A stretch of 64,000 nt of DNA from a virus, in IMG/VR virus record IMGVR_UViG_3300027131_000001; one strand, 5' to 3'. Below the pieces are notes generated by a model that worked only from the letters and a program-made list of their open reading frames with translations, was not told where the DNA came from and did no database searches. The position numbers and the translations under genes were made by a program. Below are positions 48,503 to 57,949 of the stretch, piece after piece; position 1 is the first letter of the stretch; each line of letters starts with the position of its first letter.

Positions 48503-48570
48503 ATGACCCCAGTATACTATGAAACATCGCACCTTACAACGGTGTTTTGTACAACTTATGGCTAAGAATT
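48503..48570 (-). promoter_or_regulatory. Early promoter family, copy 5
   Basis: AATTCTTAGCCA-N19-TTGTAA-N17-TATACT-GGGGTC-A. Confidence 0.85.
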
Positions 48571-48585
48571 TATAAGGAAAAAGTG

Positions 48586-48970
48586 CTATTTCCTCTTGGA
48601 CCTCTTAGCAGGTATGGTTTCAACAACAGGAGTCTCGAGCGCAACTACCCATTGCTTGTGTTCCTCAATCAGATCATTGTACTGCTGCTCAGTTACAATC
48701 TCATCGTTCCAGCGGAATATTGGTATATCGGCTGAGTACTTGTCGAGCTTCGGTAAGACCGTTTTCTTCTGTGCTTTCATCTAACAGCTCCATCTCTGCA
48801 ACATCCAGTTCGGACTTTGCTTCTCTAATTAATTTCAAAGCATAATCAAGATCATCAGATGTTGCCCACGAATAAAAGTCTTCCAACGTCTCATCGTCTG
48901 AGTCCAATAAGAAATGCAAATTGTTTCGGTCCCAATCATTCATCATTACCGTCCTTTTGAATATATTCAA
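48586..48970 (-). CDS. Two small hypothetical ORFs (48586-48780, 48701-~48945)
   Basis: Co-directional. Family-like motif DWDRNNLHFLL..DDLDYALKL. Confidence 0.55.
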
Positions 48971-49035
48971 TAACGTAATCTAATATCACAGCAAGCACGA
49001 GCACGGACGCAAGGCATACAAGACCAAAGTAAATG

Positions 49036-49524
49036 TCACTCGGTTCCATCTTGATTCTCCTCTTGCCATTGAATAAGATTCTCAATTAGATTAAAGCATT
49101 GCTCGATGTCACTCGGAATATACTCTTCAATAGCTTCTACCGTCTCCGGGATCTCGTAGCAGTCGTCACCGTTCTCGTCCCACTTACCAACAAAATTCAT
49201 TCCTGGTTCGTAGTAATATCCTTCGACTGTGAATCCAAGATGCTCGAGCGCAATATAGAATTCTAGAGGAGGAGACCAAGCAGTATCAAAGTATAGAGTA
49301 ATCTCATTCTCTTTGATATCGACAACTCCATCATCGGAACCACTTACATCCCACTTCGTACCCCAGTTCTCAATACACCAATGAAACCATCCTTCACCAA
49401 GATCTGCTGGAGCAGGAGCGAACTCAGTGAATAGCTTATCCTCGAGGAAAGCAGTCTTCAGTCGAGTAATTAGCTCGGGATCTTCGTGTTTGAATGTTGT
49501 TGAATTAGCACACCAGTTTGGCAT
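49036..49524 (-). CDS. DUF1281/YubB ferredoxin-like domain protein
   Basis: MPNWC.N..W...NWGTKWD..FDTAWSPP..YYEPGM.FVG. Confidence 0.8.
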   Translation of the reverse strand: MPNWCANSTTFKHEDPELITRLKTAFLEDKLFTEFAPAPADLGEGWFHWCIENWGTKWDVSGSDDGVVDIKENEITLYFDTAWSPPLEFYIALEHLGFTVEGYYYEPGMNFVGKWDENGDDCYEIPETVEAIEEYIPSDIEQCFNLIENLIQWQEENQDGTE

Positions 49525-49525
49525 A

Positions 49526-50436
49526 TCAGCTCCCTGTACCTAAAAGAATGATCTTAGGATTAATTGAAGATTGGGTCAACGACTCAATAAAAATATGATC
49601 GCCACCAACAGCAACAATTGCTTCATCTGCAGCTCTCCACATTTGAAACCATGTAACTGGCCCAACTGGAAGAGGAACAGAAAAGTTATCATGTACTAGA
49701 ACAGAACCTTCTTCTAATTGAAAAGCATTCTCAAATAAATCCTCTATCTCATACATTGACCAAAAAGATGTGAAGTTATTATTGTCTCTTAGTTGAGAGT
49801 AGTATTCGTTTCGTTCATCCCATTGTTTGTCTTTCTGAGTCTGCACTGCATTGAAGCCCTTCTGAATAAGAGATTTTGACTTGCGCAGCTCCACAATTAT
49901 AAAAGGACTGAGAGTGTCTTCCAGTTTATCAATAGCGTTTCTGAGATATACAAGACCATTATGAATGTCTGTCATATCTTCTGATGTGATTTCAAATTTA
50001 CTCATATCATTCCTCTATAAATTCTGCAGCAAGTTCACGATAACGAACAATGTACTCTTGACATTGCTCATACAGCATACGGAAAGCCGCTTGCTCATAC
50101 TGATTCAAATCAAGACCTTCAATATCCCCAGTGACAGCCATCTTATTAAGACACATATTCATATCACTAGAAGTATTCTCAAACACACAATAAGACATGC
50201 TAGGCATACAGTTCTCCTTAAATTACAACACCAAGTGCATCACAAATCAATTTATTCAGCTCATTCTCATACGGTTTACCCATGCGACGAAGCTGATAGA
50301 TCTCAGTCAGAGCTTCTTTGAATTCAAGTTCACAGTCAGTACTAAAACCTCGACTCTTGTACTCTTCAATGATATCATCATCATCAAAGTCTTCCAAACC
50401 GACATCTACCTCGACTTCAGTTGTTATATACGGCAT
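49526..50436 (-). CDS. Three hypothetical early ORFs (49526-50005, 50007-50207, 50218-50436)
   Basis: Packed and co-directional. MSYCVFENT motif in 50007-50207. Confidence 0.6.
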
Positions 50437-50750
50437 TCTCGTCCTTCACTAGTTTATGACATAGATTGAGCGTCATCATTACATGATTGTAGACGAGAGC
50501 TCGTTGTAGGGTTGGAAGATTCTGAATCATCTCATCCAACTGATCCAAACTATCTGGAGTGTTCCAGATCTCACATTTCGGAATAGGATTGATCATCGGT
50601 CGAACTCACATTCTGTCTCATACTGGCTTTCCAACCAGTTCAAGTATTGAGGATCATTGTCCAGAATTAGAATCTCGATCTGATCAATCATCGCATTCAT
50701 CTCTTCAACAAATTCCAGTTCCATATTGACTCCTTGTTTGCTATGAGTCC

Positions 50751-50779
50751 AGTATACAACGGTTTGAAGTTCGGCACAA
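50751..50779 (-). promoter_or_regulatory. Related early promoter lacking the upstream box
   Basis: TTGTGC-N17-TATACT-GGACTC-A followed by an AAGGAG-led ATG. Confidence 0.65.
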
Positions 50780-50802
50780 CTAGAGTAAAATAGTCACATT
50801 TT

Positions 50803-51159
50803 TCAATCTACATCGAACCAGATGTCGCGACCATTTCGACGATTGGAGTAATCGTACTCATCTTCCATCGGAGGGAGAGCAGGCTCAATATCTTCCCGAG
50901 TAGGAATGACAATTGTCGCATCAGTTCTTGACGCACGAGCTGCATTGATACGCTCTGTACTTTGCCAAATGTGCATTTCAGCTTTGTCAGAGGTTTTGTA
51001 ATATCTGCTAACAGATAATGATTTGTTTATCTTGTCAAGTTCGCTGTGCTCTCGCACGTTAGCACAGCTATAACAACAGTACTTTCCTCTCTTTGTGTGC
51101 TTGGTTGAGCAACGAGGACATTCTTTTTCTACTATTGGTTTTCTTGGTCTTCCTGCCAT
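50803..51159 (-). CDS. Cys-rich hypothetical protein
   Basis: CPRC..YCCYSCAN. Confidence 0.65.
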   Translation of the reverse strand: MAGRPRKPIVEKECPRCSTKHTKRGKYCCYSCANVREHSELDKINKSLSVSRYYKTSDKAEMHIWQSTERINAARASRTDATIVIPTREDIEPALPPMEDEYDYSNRRNGRDIWFDVD

Positions 51160-51161
51160 AC

Positions 51162-51881
51162 TTACGACCAGTATCGACTATTGTCCAACCTATCCCAATA
51201 TTGTTTGTTGTTACGATTAATAAAGTTCTTCAACAAATAAATTGCCATGCCAAAGTAACCCATCTTTTTAAACCTACGACTGTCCTGACCAACATAGTGA
51301 TTGAGAATCTTAAACTTCCTTGCACTATACATTCTTGATAAGAAGTAATCTTCAGACGTAGAAAGGTTTTCTGGAAATCTTCCAAACTGATTAAATTTAT
51401 CTCTGCGAGTGAGCATGAATGCACCGACTGCAAATGGAGAGAAGTATTTCAGGATGTTGTTGGTCAAGTTAAACAGAGTAAATCCAATCTTGGCTCGAAT
51501 ATCTTTATCATAACATTTGATATTCAGTCCAACCAGATCAAGGTTTTTTGATTCCAATTCAGCTACTGCGTCTCGAATCGTATTGACATCAAAGAAACGA
51601 ACATCAGCATCGATGAATAAAATGTACGGAGTAGTAACAAGAGCAGCGGCACGGTTCTTGGCAAGGCTAACTGGACCACCGTCAATAATCTCAACATTTA
51701 ATCTACCCTTAGTCGTTTGAATAATATTTCGAGTATCATCTGTAGAGCAGTCTGCAATAATAATTCTGGTACTGCCAATCATTTGATTACGAAGATGTAA
51801 CAACAGCCACGATATGTAATCTTCCTCGTTCTTGCAAGGGATTACAATTGTAATTTTATCGCTCAGGTTTGTTTCTTGCAT
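51162..51881 (-). CDS. Glycosyltransferase family 2
   Basis: ITIVIPCKNEE; IIIADCSTDDT; ILFIDAD; SED. Confidence 0.9.
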   Translation of the reverse strand: MQETNLSDKITIVIPCKNEEDYISWLLLHLRNQMIGSTRIIIADCSTDDTRNIIQTTKGRLNVEIIDGGPVSLAKNRAAALVTTPYILFIDADVRFFDVNTIRDAVAELESKNLDLVGLNIKCYDKDIRAKIGFTLFNLTNNILKYFSPFAVGAFMLTRRDKFNQFGRFPENLSTSEDYFLSRMYSARKFKILNHYVGQDSRRFKKMGYFGMAIYLLKNFINRNNKQYWDRLDNSRYWS

Positions 51882-51941
51882 TCTGCCACCATCTTAAAAC
51901 TCTTTGATCTTAAATTATACTTCATTGTTGATTTGGCTTCT

Positions 51942-52787
51942 TCACAACTCTGCTGAGTTGGAAACATCAACTCTATTCTTCCTGGTTGATCTTGCGGGTT
52001 GTTTAAGTTCACCGCTATTAATATCATTATCCACATCGTCATTCTCCTTAGTCCATGTTACTATTTCCCAATGTCCATCGTGATACTCTACCAATGCAGT
52101 ACATGACTCTACCCAGTCGCCATCGTTCATGTAGGTGACTCCGTCAATTTCTTTTATTTCAGCATGATGTATGTGTCCACATATAACTCCGTCAAATCCT
52201 CGTTTCTTACAATATTGAGCTAGATTGTGTTCAAAGTGAAATATGAAATCTACTGCTTTTTTGACCCGGTGTTTAAGGAACAGGCTAAGGCTAAAGTACC
52301 CAAAACCAAAATGATGACGAATCCAATTAATCCCAGTATTGAGTCTAAGAATGAAATCATATGCTTTGTCTCCTAACATTGCTAACCAAGGGGCAAGACG
52401 AGTGATACCGTCAAACAAATCCCCGTGCACTACGAGGTAGCGTCGACCATCAACACCTATATGTTCTGCTTGGTTGGTCACTTCTATCATTCCAAAACCA
52501 ATATCATACTGAATGAATGGTCTTAAAAACTCGTCGTGATTACCAGCCACATACACTACCCTTGTACCGCGTTTGCTGTGACCTAGAATTCGACGAACAA
52601 CATTAGTGTGGGACTGTTTCCATCGCCACTTGTTTTGTTTGATTTTCCAAGCATCAACGATATCTCCTACGAGATACAATGTATTGCATGAGTTGTGTTT
52701 AAGGAAACTATTGAGCTTGTTTGCCTGACAGTCACTGGTTCCTAGATGAACATCTGATATGAATATTGATTTGTATTTGGTCTGCAT
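51942..52787 (-). CDS. LpxH-like metallophosphoesterase (UDP-2,3-diacylglucosamine hydrolase family)
   Basis: FISDVHLG; LVGDIVD; GNHD; HGD; CGHIH; NDGDWVESCTAL. Confidence 0.88.
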   Translation of the reverse strand: MQTKYKSIFISDVHLGTSDCQANKLNSFLKHNSCNTLYLVGDIVDAWKIKQNKWRWKQSHTNVVRRILGHSKRGTRVVYVAGNHDEFLRPFIQYDIGFGMIEVTNQAEHIGVDGRRYLVVHGDLFDGITRLAPWLAMLGDKAYDFILRLNTGINWIRHHFGFGYFSLSLFLKHRVKKAVDFIFHFEHNLAQYCKKRGFDGVICGHIHHAEIKEIDGVTYMNDGDWVESCTALVEYHDGHWEIVTWTKENDDVDNDINSGELKQPARSTRKNRVDVSNSAEL

Positions 52788-52795
52788 CCATATAT

Positions 52796-53263
52796 TTATC
52801 TTCTATAACCAGAAGTTATAAATGATGGAAGAAGTTTACCAACGACACCATCTAAACCTTTAAAGAAGTTAGCATCGACATCATAATATTGATTTGGAGG
52901 AGGATTGTGGTGGAAGTCATTATTTTTAGATGAAGAGACTGTCGATGTGCTTTTACTCGTACTGCTACTGCTGTTGTTGTTGATCTGCTGTTGATTAACT
53001 ACTACAACCTTTGTTGAATTGTCTACTACTGCACCGGGAGAATTGACAATGATCGTTCCAATATTAATATTATCCCCACTGATGTAAACTCCACCACCAC
53101 TTGGTTTTGGCTTCGGATTCTGAGTAGTTGAGCGAACAGTTGTTCTTTCAACAATAACATCTTCCATTAGTATGCTGCTGTTATCTTCTCTAGGAACAGT
53201 ACTGCAGCCAACCATAGCAATCACACTAGTAAGTATCGAATACTTCAATAGTTCTCTTAACAT
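52796..53263 (-). CDS. Putative lipoprotein
   Basis: Signal peptide ending MVG|C (lipobox-like). Low-complexity mature part. Confidence 0.6.
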   Translation of the reverse strand: MLRELLKYSILTSVIAMVGCSTVPREDNSSILMEDVIVERTTVRSTTQNPKPKPSGGGVYISGDNINIGTIIVNSPGAVVDNSTKVVVVNQQQINNNSSSSTSKSTSTVSSSKNNDFHHNPPPNQYYDVDANFFKGLDGVVGKLLPSFITSGYRR

Positions 53264-53882
53264 AATCATTTGGATCTTTCACAAATACCTGAGGCAGGTC
53301 ACCATCAACAGCAATCAGAATTACTATTTGCTCAATATCGAGATCGTACCTCTCCTTGCACATAAGAGCATAGGCAGTCGACTGGATGAAATAATTCTCA
53401 ATCCACTTCTCCTGCTTCCGTTTACCGGATGTCTTATAGTCTAGGATCGTGTATTTGCCTGCATATTTACAAATCAGATCCGATGTACCAGCAGACCTCA
53501 ATCTATCGGAATACAGCGGATATTCGATACCATACACCTCTTCTACGTTCTGGTCAACATAAGGCTGAATGTCTAAGAACAGAGATGTTGTTGTTGGTAG
53601 TTTGGCAAGAGCAAAGTCTTCTACGTTGGCGACGTAGTCCTCCATCATTGTATGGAGCTTTGTTCCTCTGCGTGATGCTGTTGATGAAATCCTATTTGCT
53701 TCTGCTTCTCCGACCTTCTCTCTCCACGCAGTTATCCCGTCCTTGGATAGCTGTGAGAGGATTGTCGTTACAGACCGGTACTTGTCACCGTTTGGTGTGA
53801 CATAGTATCTCTTGCCATCTATCTCGGTTCTTGGAATCTCAAGACGAGGAAGTGGCTTATGCTCAAAGTATTTGTTTCTCAA
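53226..53882 (-). CDS. PD-(D/E)XK exonuclease (phage Cas4/lambda-exo-like)
   Basis: YRSVTTIL; RGTKLH; AGTSDLI..ILDYKTS; Q.TAYA. Confidence 0.88.
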   Translation of the reverse strand: MRNKYFEHKPLPRLEIPRTEIDGKRYYVTPNGDKYRSVTTILSQLSKDGITAWREKVGEAEANRISSTASRRGTKLHTMMEDYVANVEDFALAKLPTTTSLFLDIQPYVDQNVEEVYGIEYPLYSDRLRSAGTSDLICKYAGKYTILDYKTSGKRKQEKWIENYFIQSTAYALMCKERYDLDIEQIVILIAVDGDLPQVFVKDPNDYVKRTIEVFDTY

Positions 53883-53883
53883 T

Positions 53884-54180
53884 TTATGATCTGTATTTGT
53901 TTACAACTCTATCAACTTGGGATTCTCTTACAGATCTCGATAAGGTCCTACTAGCTAGTTCGCTATTAGGATGAGCTTCCGCAACCTTGGACAATACTTC
54001 TTTGAATCCACTGTCAGTTTTGATACCACCAACGTTGGAAACAATATTGATTGCATCACTCGGTTCGTAGTACCGCTCGATCATTGGCTGACTTTCCATA
54101 TACGAATCATAATCTGACATTCTCATTGAATGGTCAAACACTTCATTCGTTTCTTTATTTCGAAACGTGTATGTTGCCAT
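53884..54180 (-). CDS. FmdB-like conserved T4-like protein
   Basis: MATYTF.N.ET.E..; DSGFKEVLSKV.EAHP. Confidence 0.7.
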   Translation of the reverse strand: MATYTFRNKETNEVFDHSMRMSDYDSYMESQPMIERYYEPSDAINIVSNVGGIKTDSGFKEVLSKVAEAHPNSELASRTLSRSVRESQVDRVVNKYRS

Positions 54181-54183
54181 ATA

Positions 54184-54634
54184 TTATTTTGTAGGTCCTT
54201 TTACATTCCACTCATTACCTTTGGGAGCTTTAGGAGCTCTCTTTACTGCAGGCTTTTTTACTGGACGTGCAGGCTCAGCAACGATGTTCTTAGAATCTTC
54301 CTCTGTGATTACCATATTAGGTTCTATCTTAGGAATATATTCTATCTCTGAAGATTCGTGGCGCTTAGCCCAAACCCAGTGTGTCAAATTAAGAAGTTGT
54401 TTCTCAATAACATCCATCAACCCACTATTCCAAAACCAATGACCTTTATCCATGTCTAGTCTCCTTTTCTTGTTTAGTATCTATATCCTCATAATAGAAG
54501 TGATCATACTTCTTGTTCTGCAGAGCTCTGTCGATATCTCTTACAGACCGATCAAAATGTTCTTTTTTGATTGCCTTAATTACGTGATGCTGTTTCTCGT
54601 CCAACGTACGAAACTGTTTATTCGTCTTGCCCAT
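54184..54634 (-). CDS. Two small hypothetical ORFs (54184-54453, 54446-54634)
   Basis: Packed in the rnh operon. Confidence 0.6.
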
Positions 54635-55051
54635 TTAGCCCTCTAGTAGTCCTGGATACATCTCTTCAACAAACTTCTTTGTAATTCCCTTATAAGGAAG
54701 TTTCTTGTCCTTAATTGTCGCAATCAATTCAGCATCTTCTTTATCAAGATTCTCTAGAAATTGAATGAACAAGTACTCGCGTCTTGTTTGCTTCAATGTC
54801 GGATGTCCACCATCAAGAAACAAATACATCTTACGAAGTTCACTATACAAAACGCTTTGAAGGTCAGGTAAGTCATTTAATTTAAAAGGAGGCTTACCTT
54901 CTGGTAGAAGGAATTTGATTCTAGGATCATATGCTAGCTTGAGTACGGTTCTCAATGCAACAGAGTCCCATTTATTTAACCAGTCAATCTTGTCCTGCTT
55001 CTTCTCAAATTCAGAAGCCTTCTTCAGTATCTCAGCTAGACCAATTTTCAT
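54635..55051 (-). CDS. Conserved T4-like hypothetical protein downstream of rnh
   Basis: FLLPEGKPPF; RREYLFIQFLENL..DAEL..IKDK. Confidence 0.75.
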   Translation of the reverse strand: MKIGLAEILKKASEFEKKQDKIDWLNKWDSVALRTVLKLAYDPRIKFLLPEGKPPFKLNDLPDLQSVLYSELRKMYLFLDGGHPTLKQTRREYLFIQFLENLDKEDAELIATIKDKKLPYKGITKKFVEEMYPGLLEG

Positions 55052-55062
55052 TGTAGTTCCTA

Positions 55063-55908
55063 TTAAAAGTCATTTGCGCTCTCCATTAATGAAGATAATT
55101 TATGTTGCTGGAAGTAATTTATAATATTTGTTTTCTTAGGAGTATTGAGAGCTGCGTAGTATTGATCAAGGATTTGATTAGTTATTCTATCAGGTATCTC
55201 AGATAGATCAATTAACTTTTTGTTCCTCACAATACCAATTTTGAATTCTGGAATATCATACAATGTATCCCAATCCAGCTTGACCCATTCATCTAACTTT
55301 GTTTTCATTATCTTTTTTTGTCTAACACCGTCAACCAATGAAGCATCTGGTGACATAGCATTAGGCACTCCGTCTCCGCTGTCTCCTCGGATCACCAACT
55401 CTTTCAAATATAGATCTGGTCGCTCTACTTTGATATTCTTTTTACGAATAGGATCAAACTGAATCACTTTTGAATTGTGTAACTGAATAAAGTCTTTGTC
55501 TGCAGATAGAATAAGAACATCCTCGTTTGATTCTTTTGCAAGAGTCGCAATGATATCATCAGCTTCTGCAGTTTCGACATGCAGTACGATATATGGTAGA
55601 TTGTCTTTGATCTCTTGTCTGATCTTGTTAAGTATCTCAAACAATGCAGACCAGTCGATATTGCTTTCTTCTCTCATCTTCTTGCGACCAGCTTTGTAGT
55701 AAGGGAACAGAGCTTTGCGCCAGTAATTCTTATCATCACAGGCAATAATCATGTCCCCGTACACTGCTCCAAACTTCTGTTTATATAGACGGAGCGAGTT
55801 GAGGATCATGTGTCGAACAAGACCCTCCTCTACAGCTAGATCAGTATGGTTTCCGATCTGCGCCATCAAGTTAGATATACAGACCTGATTAAAATCTACG
55901 AGAATCAT
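55063..55908 (-). CDS. rnh: T4-type RNase H / 5'-3' exonuclease
   Basis: MILVDFNQ; YWRK..FPYYKAGRKK; EADDIIA; LSADKDFIQL; GDSGDGVPN. Confidence 0.95.
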   Translation of the reverse strand: MILVDFNQVCISNLMAQIGNHTDLAVEEGLVRHMILNSLRLYKQKFGAVYGDMIIACDDKNYWRKALFPYYKAGRKKMREESNIDWSALFEILNKIRQEIKDNLPYIVLHVETAEADDIIATLAKESNEDVLILSADKDFIQLHNSKVIQFDPIRKKNIKVERPDLYLKELVIRGDSGDGVPNAMSPDASLVDGVRQKKIMKTKLDEWVKLDWDTLYDIPEFKIGIVRNKKLIDLSEIPDRITNQILDQYYAALNTPKKTNIINYFQQHKLSSLMESANDF

Positions 55909-56867
55909 TTTAGTGGATATTCAATTCGTTTATGTTCTTGCAACATTGATACAAGTAGGTTCTGCCATTGGTTCTTTCTATTTTGCCAACCGTAGAATGC
56001 ATCTATGTAAGCCTTCTGAGCTTGCAATGTCTTTGTTGTATCATTATGATTGTACATCCGAATTGCATTAGAAGTCAACTCATAGAACATCTTGGCATGG
56101 TCTCTTGCATTATCCTGCCATTGATACATCCAAGTCCAGTTAGCAGCAGTCTCGTACAATGCACCGTAGTTAGGATGAACACAGAATAAACCAGCTGACA
56201 TTGCTTCTAGTAAACTAATACAAGAAGTCTCTAGCCATGTATTTGGATATGCGTAAATGTGAGCTTGTTGTAATGCTGCTCTGACTTCACTGTTTGGAAC
56301 AGCACCGTGATAGTTGATCTTTGGATGTGCTTTACAAAAGTCAAACAACTCTTGATACGGTTCATCTCGTTGTTCCCAACCATAGATCTTGAAGCTGGAA
56401 TAGACATCGAGTTCAATATTATCAAACTCTTTGCATAGATTATCGAATGCAGAAATAAGAATGTTTAGGCCACGGTGCGGTGTTGTATGATAGATCAGCT
56501 TGATCTTATCTTTTGGTTTCTCGACGTACGGTATTGGCTCGATTGCATTGTGAAGGACAACACACTTATACCAAGGTAATCCGTAATGCTTCTGATATGC
56601 CTGCATCTGCCAGTTAGATACAAATACGAGCTTATCAAACCGGTTCCATCCACCAGCTTTTAGATGATCTGATTCTGGATCACCAGGTAAGTCATGCAAC
56701 CAGTATATTTTAATCTTGCTGTCATCAACTTCTCTGACACGAGAAGGAATGATTTGAAAATATTGTAAGAGATCTGCAGGAAGGTTGTTGTACAGCGCTT
56801 CTTGCATCAATTCAGTGCCACCCTTTGCGTTCTGGGCAAGCTCATTAGTTTCCATTGTAAGTTCCAT
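55905..56867 (-). CDS. Glycosyltransferase, GT-B/GT4-like
   Basis: GGTE; YHTTPHRGL; YP..ETSCISLLEAMSAG (EX7E). Confidence 0.88.
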   Translation of the reverse strand: MELTMETNELAQNAKGGTELMQEALYNNLPADLLQYFQIIPSRVREVDDSKIKIYWLHDLPGDPESDHLKAGGWNRFDKLVFVSNWQMQAYQKHYGLPWYKCVVLHNAIEPIPYVEKPKDKIKLIYHTTPHRGLNILISAFDNLCKEFDNIELDVYSSFKIYGWEQRDEPYQELFDFCKAHPKINYHGAVPNSEVRAALQQAHIYAYPNTWLETSCISLLEAMSAGLFCVHPNYGALYETAANWTWMYQWQDNARDHAKMFYELTSNAIRMYNHNDTTKTLQAQKAYIDAFYGWQNRKNQWQNLLVSMLQEHKRIEYPLK

Positions 56868-56916
56868 GTTAGTTCAATAATAAGATCAACGTTAATTATA
56901 TATGCGTTTTTGAATG

Positions 56917-56924
56917 CATAAATA
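56917..56924 (+). promoter_or_regulatory. Late promoter candidate for the plus-strand gene at 57034
   Basis: CATAAATA in the intergenic region. Confidence 0.55.
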
Positions 56925-56943
56925 TCAGGAAATTGAAGTTTTT

Positions 56944-56972
56944 ATTATATATCATATTCTTCTTAATGTCAA
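56944..56972 (-). promoter_or_regulatory. Consensus sigma70 promoter for the GT4-rnh operon
   Basis: TTGACA-N17-TATAAT. Confidence 0.85.
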
Positions 56973-57033
56973 CAATATTGGAGATATTTAATGGTTAGTT
57001 TGAATTTGTCATGGGAACTGCTCATGACCTAAA

Positions 57034-57843
57034 ATGGATCCGTTCACCCTCTTTGCTCTGGCGAACGGCGCAGTTGCTGCAGTCAAAAAAGGATGTCAAC
57101 TATACAAAGACATTAAAAGTGCTGCTGGCGATGTCAAGGGCGTCTTAAAAGATCTAGATGCACAATTCGCCAAGGCACACCCTCCTGATAAGCCAGCAAG
57201 CTCAGCAGCTGTCAAACAACTCAACGAAGAAAAAGCTCGTGTTGTAGATCTCAATAAACGCAGCGAAGAAGCCCCTAACCTTTACACTGAAATTGGTGAA
57301 TATCTTGGCCAGTACTATGATAACTACTTTAAATGTGTTGCTGTCTTAGAGGAAGAAGAAAAGAAAAGTAAAACTGTAGTATATACAGGTGGAGATAGTC
57401 TTGCTAAGAGGGCACTGAAGCGTGTTCTGATGAAAAAGCAATTGGAGCAGATGGGAACAGAGCTCAGAGAGCTAATGACATATCAAAGCCCTCCAGAGCT
57501 AGGTGCACTGTTCTCAGAAGTCGAAGCAATGACAAAGGAACTTGGTAAGCAGCAACGGTATCTTATTGTACAGCAAATGGAGCGAGAGGCTGTTGAGGCT
57601 AAGAGAAGAGCTGTAAGGAGGAAGCACCACGAAATTGATTTTGCACTTGGTGTTGCTTTTTTGGTTATAGTTATTGTGATAATGTTTTTGTTCATGTACA
57701 TATCACACGACGCTCAAAAGAGATGGCCTCAGCTAAATACTTCTAGCGGCCAAGAGTACAGAAGAAAACTAGAATTGCTTGAGATACAAGAGACTCAGCA
57801 AAAACTACAAAAAAGAAAGAAAGAATTAGAAAGAGAACAATAA
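57034..57843 (+). CDS. Coiled-coil membrane protein
   Basis: MDPFTLFALANGAVAAVKKGC; one C-terminal TM segment. Together with a short downstream ORF, the only plus-strand coding seen after 27.5 kb. Confidence 0.75.
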   Translation: MDPFTLFALANGAVAAVKKGCQLYKDIKSAAGDVKGVLKDLDAQFAKAHPPDKPASSAAVKQLNEEKARVVDLNKRSEEAPNLYTEIGEYLGQYYDNYFKCVAVLEEEEKKSKTVVYTGGDSLAKRALKRVLMKKQLEQMGTELRELMTYQSPPELGALFSEVEAMTKELGKQQRYLIVQQMEREAVEAKRRAVRRKHHEIDFALGVAFLVIVIVIMFLFMYISHDAQKRWPQLNTSSGQEYRRKLELLEIQETQQKLQKRKKELEREQ

Positions 57844-57949
57844 ATGACCATAGAGATCATCTTCTTGATGGTCTTAGTTGCATTTGATACCCTACTAGCT
57901 TTGATATTTCTTTTCTACCTACTAAGACAACTGTTGCGTTCTTTATGAT

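Noticed and set aside
43735-48570. Dispersed repeats considered as CRISPR, att sites or mobile-element ends
   Set aside because: Irregular kb-scale spacing and a clear -35/-10 architecture. No cas, integrase or transposase. The Cas4-like gene at 53226 is an ordinary phage exonuclease.
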